DNA of 64,000 nucleotides from Chthoniobacter sp. (GTDB lineage Bacteria; Verrucomicrobiota; Verrucomicrobiia; Chthoniobacterales; Chthoniobacteraceae): NCBI GenBank assembly GCA_021414005.1, contig JAIOPH010000031.1, positions 111,973 to 175,972 of the forward strand, read 5' to 3'. Shown piece by piece: positions 55,076 to 64,000 of this stretch (position 1 is its first letter; each line of letters starts with the position of its first letter). The notes under the pieces were generated by a model. It saw only the letters and a program-made list of their open reading frames with translations, ran no database searches and was not told where the DNA came from. The position numbers and the translations under genes were made by a program.

Positions 55076-56335
55076 ATGGCCGATCCCAATCCCCCGCAAA
55101 TTTCCCGCGTTCCTGCCGCGCCCCGTCCGGGGGTCCGCCCGGTTGCACGCCCGGTGGTCGCGGTGCCTCACGCCGCCCCCGTGGTGCCGGTCGCCGCGGT
55201 CGCAATGCCCGTCGGCGAGGCCCAGCCGCTGGCCGTCGTGGAAGTCGTGGCCGAACCCGAGCCAGTGCACGTCCTGGCGCATGTGGATGAATATTTGCGC
55301 ACCGGACAGGAATCCCTCGCGTCGGATATTCACCTCGGCGTGAATTCCGTGCCCGTCTGGCGGCGCAACGGCATCCTCGGTCCCGTTTGGAGCCCGGCCG
55401 ACAAACTCACATCCGCAGACACCGAGCGTCTCGCCATGGGATTTCTCACCGACGCGCAAAAACAGATGCTGGCCGAGCGTGGCGACGTTGATTTCGCCTA
55501 TGCGACGGATTTTGGGCGCTTTCGCGCCAGCGTTGTCCGACATCGACTCGGGATCGATGTGGTCTTTCGCATCGTCAGCACCAGCGTGCGATCGATGGAC
55601 CAACTCGGCCTGCCGGAGTCGCTGAAGATGCTCACGCAGTACCACAACGGCCTCGTGCTTGTGACCGGCTCGGTCGGCTCGGGAAAATCGACGACGCTCG
55701 CCGCGCTCGTGGACGAGGTGAATAAGACCCGTCACGACCACATCATCACGCTCGAAGATCCGATCGAGTATGTCATCGAGTCCAAGGGCTGCCATGTCAC
55801 CCAGCGGGAAGTCCACACTCACACCAAGTCGTTTGGCGCAGCGCTGCGCGGTGCTCTGCGCGAAGATCCGGACGTCATTATGGTGGGCGAAATGCGCGAC
55901 TTGGAAACGATCTCGCTCGCCATCACGGCGTCGGAAACCGGCCACTTGGTAATGGGCACGCTGCATACCGGCAGCGCGGCGCGCACTCTCGACCGCGTGC
56001 TCGACGTTTTCCCCATCGACCAGCGCGAGCAGATCCGCGTCATGGTTAGCGAATCGTTGCGCGGCATCATTTCCCAACAACTTATTCCGCGCAAAGACGG
56101 TCAAGGTCGCGCGCTGGCCTTGGAAATCCTCACGAACACTCCGGCGGTCGGCAACCTCATCCGCGAAGCCAAGACCTACATGCTTCCCGGCGTGATGCAG
56201 ACCGGCAAAAAGCAGGGCATGAAACTCATGGACGACAGCCTCATCGAACTTTACGACGCCGGCCTGATTTCCCAAGAGGAGGCGTATGCGCGCGCCGAGC
56301 AAAAGGCTCTTATGCGCCACCACTTCGCGCATTAA
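55076..56335 (+). CDS. pilT: PilT-family type IV pilus/secretion ATPase with Pro/Val-rich N-terminal extension
   Basis: ASDIHL, GSVGSGKSTT, TLEDPIEY, LREDPDVIMVGEMRD, GTLHT, VGNLIRE. Confidence 0.9.
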   Translation: MADPNPPQISRVPAAPRPGVRPVARPVVAVPHAAPVVPVAAVAMPVGEAQPLAVVEVVAEPEPVHVLAHVDEYLRTGQESLASDIHLGVNSVPVWRRNGILGPVWSPADKLTSADTERLAMGFLTDAQKQMLAERGDVDFAYATDFGRFRASVVRHRLGIDVVFRIVSTSVRSMDQLGLPESLKMLTQYHNGLVLVTGSVGSGKSTTLAALVDEVNKTRHDHIITLEDPIEYVIESKGCHVTQREVHTHTKSFGAALRGALREDPDVIMVGEMRDLETISLAITASETGHLVMGTLHTGSAARTLDRVLDVFPIDQREQIRVMVSESLRGIISQQLIPRKDGQGRALALEILTNTPAVGNLIREAKTYMLPGVMQTGKKQGMKLMDDSLIELYDAGLISQEEAYARAEQKALMRHHFAH

Positions 56336-56410
56336 TCGCGATAAAGGTGCATTTGCCGCGCGCCGGCATCTTTCTTCAACCCACGCCGTTCATCCTCCAC
56401 CTTTTTTCCC

Positions 56411-57490
56411 ATGGCCTACATCGACCAATTCTTTGAAGTGCTCGTCAGTTCGGGGGCTTCCGACCTGCACCTCGGGCAGGGGCAGCCACCGAAAATCCGC
56501 CGGCATGGCGAGGTCGTGACCATTCGCGAAGAGGCGCTTTCGCATGACGAGATGGCATTTATGATGAGTGAAATCAGCGGCATGGAGCGCTGGGAAAGGT
56601 ATCTCGCGGGCGGCGATCTGGATTTCGCCTACGAGATGGATGAGCACTCGCGCTTCCGCTGCAACTTCCTCAAGCAGACCCACGGCTACGGCTGCGTCTT
56701 TCGGCTCATCCCCACGAAAATCATGACCCTCGACCAGCTCGGTATTCCGGCGGTGGTCAAGGAATTTGGGCATCTGCGCGGCGGCCTCGTCCTCGTCACC
56801 GGCCCGACTGGCTCCGGCAAGTCCACGACCCTTGCGGCGCTCATCGACTACATCAACGAGAACTTCACGAGGCACATCATAACCGTCGAGGAACCCATCG
56901 AGTTTGTGCACAACAACAAGCGCTCAATCATTACCCAGCGCGAGGTGCCGGAAAACACGGTGAGTTTTCCGCAAGGCCTCAAAGCCGCGCTGCGCGAGGA
57001 TGCCGACATCGTGCTCGTCGGTGAAATGCGTGATCTCGAAACTATTCAGCTCGCTCTGACCGCCGCCGAGACCGGACTGCTCGTCTTTGGAACTCTGCAC
57101 ACGAACAACGCGCGCAAGACTGTGGACCGCATGATCGACGTTTTCCCCAGCGACCAGCAGGCGCAGGTGCGCACCATGCTCGCCAGTTCGCTGCGTGGCG
57201 TGGTGGCACAGTTGCTCTTAAAAAAATCCGCCGAGGCTGGTGGCGGTCGTATTGCCGTGAATGAAATTCTCGTCGTGAACAGCGCCGCCTCCGCAATCAT
57301 TCGCGAAGGTGCCACGCAAAAACTGCAGGACGTCATTGTCGGCGGGCAGGGCCAAGGCATGCAGTTCATGGACGACGCCATCTGGAAGGTCATGCAGCAG
57401 GGCATCGTCACTCCGCATGAAGCCTACATGAAAGCCATTGATAAGAACCGTTTTCGCGTCTTCCTCCCACCGGAGGATGACGGCCTCTAA
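56411..57490 (+). CDS. Second PilT/PilU-family ATPase
   Basis: ASDLHL, GPTGSGKSTT, TVEEPIEF, LREDADIVLVGEMRD, GTLHT. Confidence 0.9.
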   Translation: MAYIDQFFEVLVSSGASDLHLGQGQPPKIRRHGEVVTIREEALSHDEMAFMMSEISGMERWERYLAGGDLDFAYEMDEHSRFRCNFLKQTHGYGCVFRLIPTKIMTLDQLGIPAVVKEFGHLRGGLVLVTGPTGSGKSTTLAALIDYINENFTRHIITVEEPIEFVHNNKRSIITQREVPENTVSFPQGLKAALREDADIVLVGEMRDLETIQLALTAAETGLLVFGTLHTNNARKTVDRMIDVFPSDQQAQVRTMLASSLRGVVAQLLLKKSAEAGGGRIAVNEILVVNSAASAIIREGATQKLQDVIVGGQGQGMQFMDDAIWKVMQQGIVTPHEAYMKAIDKNRFRVFLPPEDDGL

Positions 57491-57586
57491 ACCGCCGTCG
57501 GTCTTACTTCTGTCCAGCGGAGCGCGCAGCGGATTGGTGATGAAGAGTAAAAGAAGTAAGTCCAAACCCCGGCCCCCCGTTACGCC

Positions 57587-58744
57587 ATGAATCTGTTTCC
57601 TGACGAAGCCCGCCGTCGCGAACTCTTTCCCATCTGCGGCGAGCAGGTATTTCTCGCCCACGCCGCCGTCGCTCCGCTCCCCACTTTTGTCGCAGACGCC
57701 ATCTGCGCCTACACACGGGCCTCGTCCGAGAACCATCAGGAATTCGGCGATGTCCTGCGCGACGTGAAGCGCACGCGTCAGGCCTGCGCCCAGCTCATCG
57801 GCGCACACGCCGACGAAATCGCGCTCCTCGGCCCCACCTCCCTCGGTCTCTCGCTTTTCGCCAACGGCCTCGACTGGCAGCCCGGAGACGAAGTCCTCTG
57901 CTACCACGGCGACTATCCCGCCAACGTCTATCCGTGGCTAGAACTCCGCCGCCGCGGCATTACCGTCCGCTACCTCGAACCCGCCGCCCCCGGCGAAATT
58001 ACCCCGGAACTCGTGGCCCGCGCCCTCACTCCGCGCACCCGCCTCGTCGCCCTCGCCAGCGCCCACTTTTTCACCGGCTACCGCCTCGACGTCACCGCCA
58101 TCGGCACGCTGCTGCACGAGCGCGGCGTGCTCTTTTCGCTCGATGCCATCCAAACGCTCGGGGCCTTCCCGCTCGACGTGGAAAAAGCGCACGTCGATTT
58201 CCTTAGCGCCGACGCGCACAAATGGCTGCTCGGCCCGCTCGCCATCGGCATCGTTTATGTGCGCCGCGCCCACTTCGAGCGCCTGCGCCCCACCCTCCTC
58301 GGTGCGTGGAATGTCCTCGCCCCGAACTTCAACACCCAGGACGACATCACCTTCGTCCCCACCGCCCAGCGCTACGAACCCGGCGTCCTCAACATCCTCG
58401 GTATCATCGGCATGAAGGCCGCCCTCGACTTCTTCCACGCCACCGGCATGGACACCATCGCCGCCCGTCTCCTTGAGTTAAAAGCGTACCTCGTTCGGCA
58501 ACTCGAACCCCTCGGCTTCACCATTCTCGGCCCGTGCGAAGGTTCCGCCGCCAGCGGTATCACCACCTTTCGTCACGCCATTGCCAGCAGCACCGCCCTT
58601 TTCGCTGCCTTGGAAAAGGCGCACGTCATCGCCTCGCTCCGTCATGATCGTGCCGGACTCGATTACCTCCGCTTTAGTCCGCACTGCTACAACACCGAAG
58701 CCGAGATCGACCACGCCGTGGAAGCGCTGCGGTCGGCGCTCTGA
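57587..58744 (+). CDS. Class V PLP-dependent aminotransferase/cysteine-desulfurase-like protein
   Basis: FLAHAAVAP, DAIQTLG, SADAHKWLLGP (PLP Lys), LRFSPHCYNT. Confidence 0.9.
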   Translation: MNLFPDEARRRELFPICGEQVFLAHAAVAPLPTFVADAICAYTRASSENHQEFGDVLRDVKRTRQACAQLIGAHADEIALLGPTSLGLSLFANGLDWQPGDEVLCYHGDYPANVYPWLELRRRGITVRYLEPAAPGEITPELVARALTPRTRLVALASAHFFTGYRLDVTAIGTLLHERGVLFSLDAIQTLGAFPLDVEKAHVDFLSADAHKWLLGPLAIGIVYVRRAHFERLRPTLLGAWNVLAPNFNTQDDITFVPTAQRYEPGVLNILGIIGMKAALDFFHATGMDTIAARLLELKAYLVRQLEPLGFTILGPCEGSAASGITTFRHAIASSTALFAALEKAHVIASLRHDRAGLDYLRFSPHCYNTEAEIDHAVEALRSAL

Positions 58745-58753
58745 CTGCGGCCG

Positions 58754-59605
58754 TCAGCGCGGCACCGTGTGATCGAGGATGAACTTCACCACCGGCGCGG
58801 GATCGTCGAGACCGTGGGGATGGTGACCGACGCCGGGTTTGTGAATGACGTCAAAGGTGCCCCCGAGCGCTTTGTAGCGCTCGCCGATGATGGCGGCGTT
58901 TTCCGCGGGCGGGACCACGTCGTCTGCGTCACCGACTACGTGGATGAGAGCGATCTTCGCTTTCGCGAGCGGTTCGAGGCGGTCGATGGGATTGCCGGGG
59001 TAGGCGAGCGCCTCGGCTTCGTCCTTGAAGCCGTAGCACTTGATCACCGCGGCCCAATCGCCCTTGCTGCCCTTGCCCTTGCCCTTGCCGCCGGGCCAGC
59101 TTTTAAAATCAGCCACGGCGTGGTCGCCATAGATGACGGCGACGCGCTCGGGATATTCCGACGCGAAACGATACGCGTAGAGCCCGCCGCGGCTGATGCC
59201 GATGAGCGCGGCCTTTTTCGCGAGCCCCTTGGCGACGAGCAACTCGTAAAAAGCGTTGAAATGTTTCACGGCATCGGGACTGCCAAAGGTGTTGCCGACC
59301 CCGATATGGGCGTGATGAAAGCCAGCGGCCAGAAGCTGCGGCGCGGCGCAGCGATCCGTGAAGGCGTCGGGAAATTCCATGCACCACGACCACGGATTTC
59401 CGGGGAGCGCGGTCTTTGGCTCGACGACCCAAGCGGCGCAGCCATCGACTTGGAACTTATGCCGGGTGAAGCCATGCCATTGATCGATGGTCTCGTCGGG
59501 AAAAGTGAGCGTGGCCTTTTCGGCGGGAACCGCCGCCGGTGGCTCGGCGAAAATGCGAGAGCTAAGCAAGGTGCCGAGGACGAGGATTAAGAAGATGTTT
59601 TTCAT
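58754..59605 (-). CDS. Secreted alpha/beta hydrolase
   Basis: Signal peptide; GISRGG (Ser), GDADDVVP (Asp), GHHPH (His). Confidence 0.8.
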   Translation of the reverse strand: MKNIFLILVLGTLLSSRIFAEPPAAVPAEKATLTFPDETIDQWHGFTRHKFQVDGCAAWVVEPKTALPGNPWSWCMEFPDAFTDRCAAPQLLAAGFHHAHIGVGNTFGSPDAVKHFNAFYELLVAKGLAKKAALIGISRGGLYAYRFASEYPERVAVIYGDHAVADFKSWPGGKGKGKGSKGDWAAVIKCYGFKDEAEALAYPGNPIDRLEPLAKAKIALIHVVGDADDVVPPAENAAIIGERYKALGGTFDVIHKPGVGHHPHGLDDPAPVVKFILDHTVPR

Positions 59606-59629
59606 GATGAGGTGATAACAGGTGATGCG

Positions 59630-61099
59630 TCAGGCGAGGACCAGTTTGACCAATTCGCCGTGAATGTCCGTGAGGCGGAAGTCGCGGCCCTGGTAGCGGT
59701 AGGTGAGCTTTTTGTGCTCCACGCCCATGAGGTGCATGATCGTCGCGTTGAGGTCATGCACATGCACCGGATTCTCGGTGATGTTGTAGCAGTAGTCGTC
59801 GGTCGCGCCGAGGGTGAAACCCTTTTTCACACCGGCTCCGGCCATGAGCACGGTGAAGCAACGCGGGTGATGGTCGCGACCGTAGTTCGTCTCGCTCATT
59901 CCGCCCTGGCTGTAGATGGTGCGGCCAAATTCGCCGCCCCAGACGATGAGCGTGTCATCAAGCAGGCCGCGCGCTTTCAAGTCGCGGATGAGCGCGGCGG
60001 TCGGTTGGTCGGTGTCCTTGCACTGGCCGCGGATGGCACCGGGCAGGCCGCCGTGGTGATCCCAGCCCATGTGGAAAAGCTGGATGAATCGCACATCGCG
60101 CTCGGCAAGGCGGCGGGCGAGCAGGCAGTTGGCGGCATAGCTGCCGGGGCGCTTGATGTCGGGACCGTAGGAATCGAGCACGCTCTGCGGTTCCTTCGAG
60201 AGGTCGGTGAGATCGGGCACGCTCGCCTGCATGCGAAAGGCCATTTCGTATTGCGCGATGCGCGTCTGGATTTCCGGGTCGCCGAGCGCGTCGTGCCGGC
60301 GCTGGTTGAGCGCGCCGAGTTCATCGAGCGTCTCGCGGCGCATATCGCGGTCCATGCCGGGCGGGTTGCTGAGGTAAAGCACCGGGTCGCCGGCGTTGCG
60401 GAATTTCACGCCCTGGTGTTTCGCGGGGAGAAAGCCGGCGCTCCACAGGCGGTCGTAGAGCGGCTGATCATCGCGGCGTCCGCTGCCAAAGGAGGTCAGC
60501 ACCACGTAGGCGGGCAGGTCGGCGTTGGCGCTGCCGAGCCCGTAGGCCATCCACGAGCCGATGCTGGGCCGGCCGGCGAGCTGCGAGCCGGTCTGCATGA
60601 AAGTGATCGCGGGATCGTGATTGATCGCCTCGGTGTGGAGCGAGCGGATGATCGTCCACTCGTCGGCGAGGCCGGACATGTGCGGCATCAGTTCGCTGAA
60701 CCACGCGCCGCTCTGCCCGTATTGCGCGAACTTGAACATTGTCGGCGCGACCGGAAACTTGCTCTGCCCGCTGGTCATTGTCGTCAGCCGCTGCCCCTGC
60801 CGAATGCTCGCCGGCAAATCCTCGCCGCGCCGTTTCACCAGCTCGGGCTTCGGGTCAAAGAGATCCATCTGCGACGGCGCTCCGCTTTGGAAAAGGTAGA
60901 TGATGCGTTTCGCCTTCGGCGCGAAATTGGGGAAGTCCGGAAGACCTGGCGTCGCCGCCGCTTCGGCGCGCTGGCCGAGCAATCCGCCGAGCGCCGCGAG
61001 GCCGATACCGCCCGCCGCACGCTGGAGAAAGGTGCGGCGGCTGACGTGCTGCTGCGCGTGCCGGGCGAGGGCGAGAAATTGATGGTCGTTGCAGTTCAT
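59630..61099 (-). CDS. DUF1501-domain protein (PVC type, Tat-like leader)
   Basis: SRRTFLQ leader; GAPSQMDLFDPKP, NHDPA, GWDHH, VWGGEFGRT, GRDHH, VHVHDLNAT. Confidence 0.93.
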   Translation of the reverse strand: MNCNDHQFLALARHAQQHVSRRTFLQRAAGGIGLAALGGLLGQRAEAAATPGLPDFPNFAPKAKRIIYLFQSGAPSQMDLFDPKPELVKRRGEDLPASIRQGQRLTTMTSGQSKFPVAPTMFKFAQYGQSGAWFSELMPHMSGLADEWTIIRSLHTEAINHDPAITFMQTGSQLAGRPSIGSWMAYGLGSANADLPAYVVLTSFGSGRRDDQPLYDRLWSAGFLPAKHQGVKFRNAGDPVLYLSNPPGMDRDMRRETLDELGALNQRRHDALGDPEIQTRIAQYEMAFRMQASVPDLTDLSKEPQSVLDSYGPDIKRPGSYAANCLLARRLAERDVRFIQLFHMGWDHHGGLPGAIRGQCKDTDQPTAALIRDLKARGLLDDTLIVWGGEFGRTIYSQGGMSETNYGRDHHPRCFTVLMAGAGVKKGFTLGATDDYCYNITENPVHVHDLNATIMHLMGVEHKKLTYRYQGRDFRLTDIHGELVKLVLA

Positions 61100-61109
61100 G
61101 GGCGTGGGG

Positions 61110-64000
61110 TCATTCGCGGGTCACGACTTCGTCGAGGTTGAGGATTACGTTCGCCGCAGTGGTGTAGGCGGCGAGTTCGGCGGGGTTGAGTTTTGGGTCG
61201 GCCTTAGTCGCGCCTTGGGCGATGAGCTGTTTGGCGGCGGCTTCGTCCTGCTGAAAACGGGCGAGGCGCGTGGCGAGGCCGGTGGTCAGCGTTTTCAGCT
61301 CCACGGCGTCGGGCTGGCGGGCGGTGGCGCGGCGGAAGGCCCAGGTGAGCCGCGTCTCCGGCGTGGAGCCGCCGGTGGTGAGCATTTGCTCGGCGAGACG
61401 GCGCGCGGCTTCGAGGTAGGTGACTTCGTTGAGCAGCGCGAGGGCTTGCAGCGGCGTGTTCGTGCGGCTGCGTTTGGCGGTGCAGATTTCGCGGTTCGGC
61501 GAATCGAAGAGCAGCATCGTGGGCGGCGCGGCGGTGCGTTTCCAGACGGTGTAAAGCGTGCGCCGGTAGAGCCCGTCGCCCGCGTCCGGCTTGTAGCCGC
61601 GGAGGTCGCCATAGACGCTCGTTTCGTCCCACACGCCGGGCGGCATGTAGGGCCGCACGCTGGGTCCGCCGAGTTTCTCGACGAGCAGGCCGCTGACCGC
61701 GAGCGCCTGGTCGCGGACGCTCTCGGCGGAAAGGCGGAAGCGTGGACCGCGCGCGAGCAGGCGGTTGTCCGGGTCGCGCTCGAGCAGCTCCGGCGTGACG
61801 CGCGCGGACTGCCGGTAGCTGGCGCTGGTCACGATGAGTTTCTGCATCGCCTTCATGTCCCATTTCAGCCGCACAAATTCAGTCGCCAGCCAGTCGAGCA
61901 GCTCGGGATGACTCGGCCACTCGGCTTGCGACCCGAGGTTTTCCGAAGTCCGCACGAGCCCGGTGCCGAAGAACTTTTCCCACGCGCGATTCACCCACAC
62001 GCGCGCGGTCAGCGGATGCTCGCCGCTGACCAGCCATTGCGCGAGGCCGAGCCGGTTGTTTGGCGCGCCGGCGGGCATGGGCGGGAGCACGGCGGGCAAG
62101 GCGCGCACGACTTTCTCGCCGGGCTGATCGTATTCGCCGCGTTTCAAAATGAACGCGTCGCGCGGTTGCGCCCGCTCCTGAAAGATCATGGTGTCCTGGG
62201 CCGAAGCCTTGAGCGTGGCGACGGCCTTCTGCGCGGCGGTGAGCGCGGCGGCGGCTTTCTTCGCCGGCGTGTCGGTGTTGTCGCGGAAGTATTTCGCCAG
62301 CTCGGCGGTCTGCTGCGGCGTGCGCTGCGCCGGGGCGGTCTGCACGGCGGCGACGATGTTCGCGGGAAAGCCGCTACCCTTGAGGTTCAGCGTGTCCGCG
62401 GGTCGCGCGGAAACGCTGAGCCCGAAGCGCCCGATATTGTGCCCGCCCGCGTAGTCGTGATGCAGCGTGAGATGCAGCGTGGCCCCGGCGGGCACGTTCA
62501 GCGGCGCGCAGACGAAGAGCGCTTTGCGCGACTCCTTTTTCGTTGGCCCGTCCACGGCCCAGCCCTCCTTGTTCTTCGCGTCCTTCGGGCGCTGCGCCTT
62601 GTCTTTCAAAATCCGGCCGATGCCAAAATCCTTCTGCTCGTAGTCCGCCTCCGCGCGGGTGAATTGCACCCGCAGCGGCGTGGCGAGCTGCGGCGACCGG
62701 ATCTCGGCGTTGATATCCGTCAGCACGAAATTGCCGTTCGGCGCGCGCCCGAGGCTTTGCCCCGGCAGCGAGGGATCGGGCAGCACGTCGAGGAGGACGC
62801 CGGTGAACGCACCCGCGGCGAGCGGCGCGGTGATCGTGTAGGTGTCGCTGTCCGCGTTCGGTCCGGCGGCGAGCACCGTGCCGTCGGGCTGGCGGGTGAA
62901 AGTCGCGCCGCCCGCGCTGACGACCGACGCCGGCACCAGCGGCGTCCACATTTTCGTCGTCGTCTGAAGCTGCGCGACGACCGTCTTTTCCCACGCGGGC
63001 TGAAAGGTCGGCAGCGCCTTTTCCGCCGCGGCGAGTTCCTGCTCGGCGAGCACCCGCTTGGCTTCGAGATCGGCGAGCTGCTTTTCCTGCTCGGCGGTCG
63101 GCACGGTGATGACCGGCTTCGAGTTGCGCCCGTCGCCGTCGAGCACGCCGGATTCCTCGTTCGAGTTGAAGTAGGCGTAGAGCTGGTAAAACTCGCGCTG
63201 CGTGATCGGGTCGTATTTGTGATCGTGGCAGCGGCAGCAGCCGAGCGTGAGCCCGAGCCACGTCTGGCCGGTGGTGTCCACGCGATCAATGACCGTCTCC
63301 GCGAACCACTCCGCCTCGATGCGTCCGCCTTCGCCGTTGAGGCGGGTATTGCGGTGAAAACCAGTCGCCACTTTCTGCGCGAGCGTGGCATTGGGCAGGA
63401 GGTCGCCGGCGAGCTGCTCGATGGTGAACTGGTCGAACGGCAGGTTCGCGTTGTAGGCCCGGATGACCCAGTCGCGCCACGGCCACATGTGCCGCGAGCC
63501 ATCGCTCTGAAAGCCGTTGCTGTCGGCATAGCGCGCGAAATCCAGCCACTGCTGCGCCATTTTCTCGCCGTAGCGCGGCGAGCCGAGCAGCCGGTCCACC
63601 ACGCGCTCGTAGGCACCGGGCGCTTGATCGGCGAGAAACGCGGATACTTCCTCCGGTGTCGGCGGCAGCCCCGTGAGGTCGAGCGAAACGCGGCGGATGA
63701 GCGTCTCGCGCGGCGCTTCCGGCTGGGGCTTGAGATTCTCCTTCACCAGCCGCGCGTGAATGAAGGCGTCGATGGGATTCGACGACGCATACGGCACCGG
63801 CGGGCGCTCCGGTTTGAGAAAGGCCCAGTGCCCCTGATACACCGCGCCCTCGGTGATCCAGCGGCGGAGCGTGGCGATTTCCTGCGGTGACACCGTCTTG
63901 TGCGTCTTCAGCGGCGGCATCACGTCGTCGCGATCCTTCGTGGTCAGGCGCACGATCATCTGGCTGGCCTCCGGTTTCCCAGGGACGATGGCCGTGTCGC
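61110..64000 (-). CDS. DUF1549/DUF1553 (planctomycete cytochrome c-associated) protein, 5' partial
   Basis: NPIDAFI, LIRRVSLDLTGLPPT, WLDFARYADS, CCRCHDHKYDP, NTPLQALALLN; the ORF continues beyond the window. Confidence 0.93.
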   Translation of the reverse strand, partial: DTAIVPGKPEASQMIVRLTTKDRDDVMPPLKTHKTVSPQEIATLRRWITEGAVYQGHWAFLKPERPPVPYASSNPIDAFIHARLVKENLKPQPEAPRETLIRRVSLDLTGLPPTPEEVSAFLADQAPGAYERVVDRLLGSPRYGEKMAQQWLDFARYADSNGFQSDGSRHMWPWRDWVIRAYNANLPFDQFTIEQLAGDLLPNATLAQKVATGFHRNTRLNGEGGRIEAEWFAETVIDRVDTTGQTWLGLTLGCCRCHDHKYDPITQREFYQLYAYFNSNEESGVLDGDGRNSKPVITVPTAEQEKQLADLEAKRVLAEQELAAAEKALPTFQPAWEKTVVAQLQTTTKMWTPLVPASVVSAGGATFTRQPDGTVLAAGPNADSDTYTITAPLAAGAFTGVLLDVLPDPSLPGQSLGRAPNGNFVLTDINAEIRSPQLATPLRVQFTRAEADYEQKDFGIGRILKDKAQRPKDAKNKEGWAVDGPTKKESRKALFVCAPLNVPAGATLHLTLHHDYAGGHNIGRFGLSVSARPADTLNLKGSGFPANIVAAVQTAPAQRTPQQTAELAKYFRDNTDTPAKKAAAALTAAQKAVATLKASAQDTMIFQERAQPRDAFILKRGEYDQPGEKVVRALPAVLPPMPAGAPNNRLGLAQWLVSGEHPLTARVWVNRAWEKFFGTGLVRTSENLGSQAEWPSHPELLDWLATEFVRLKWDMKAMQKLIVTSASYRQSARVTPELLERDPDNRLLARGPRFRLSAESVRDQALAVSGLLVEKLGGPSVRPYMPPGVWDETSVYGDLRGYKPDAGDGLYRRTLYTVWKRTAAPPTMLLFDSPNREICTAKRSRTNTPLQALALLNEVTYLEAARRLAEQMLTTGGSTPETRLTWAFRRATARQPDAVELKTLTTGLATRLARFQQDEAAAKQLIAQGATKADPKLNPAELAAYTTAANVILNLDEVVTRE

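Noticed and set aside
61089-63890. 933-aa plus-strand ORF
   Set aside because: Shadow frame of the DUF1549/DUF1553 gene. The same reasoning applies to most other overlapping ORFs in the track (e.g. 12607-14229, 33928-35541, 35644-37509, 54803-56332, 59612-61141).
1-64000. CRISPR array, tRNA or rRNA genes
   Set aside because: No regularly spaced 25-45-bp repeats with unique spacers, no cloverleaf and no rRNA signature seen. The repeats found are 7-9-bp tandem units or hairpins.

Overview
High-GC bacterial chromosome segment whose gene content (DUF1501/DUF1553 proteins, PVC-type ECF sigma factors, exosortase, long-form IspG) suggests Verrucomicrobiota or another PVC lineage. It is mostly housekeeping: MEP genes ispH, dxr and ispG, plus cdsA, rseP, tsaD, tyrS, rnhA, recG, infA, two Mla-type ABC operons, HtrA, two PilT-family ATPases and two Hsp20 genes. 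No rRNA, tRNA, CRISPR array, integrase or transposase was recognised. Main highlights: (1) a SAM-I-clan riboswitch (50883-50977) upstream of a 73-aa stand-alone integrase-Arm-like DNA-binding protein, followed by a LuxE/LuxC-like pair; (2) a lower-GC three-gene cassette (28388-31515) of C5 DNA methyltransferase, ParB/Srx-fold protein and PD-(D/E)xK-like nuclease, a candidate defence system; (3) a hydroxyproline catabolism locus, interrupted by a VapBC module, ending in a secreted HEXXH metalloprotease with an N-terminal VHL-beta-like domain; (4) heptamer repeat arrays inserted in frame inside ispG; (5) a twice-repeated TTTTCA-N8-TGAAAA operator around a GbsR/MarR-family regulator; (6) a 124-bp element with 34-bp inverted repeats next to an ECF sigma gene. 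Family assignments come from motif recognition by eye; no database searches were run. Several start codons were moved to more plausible downstream ATG/GTG positions than the ORF track gives.
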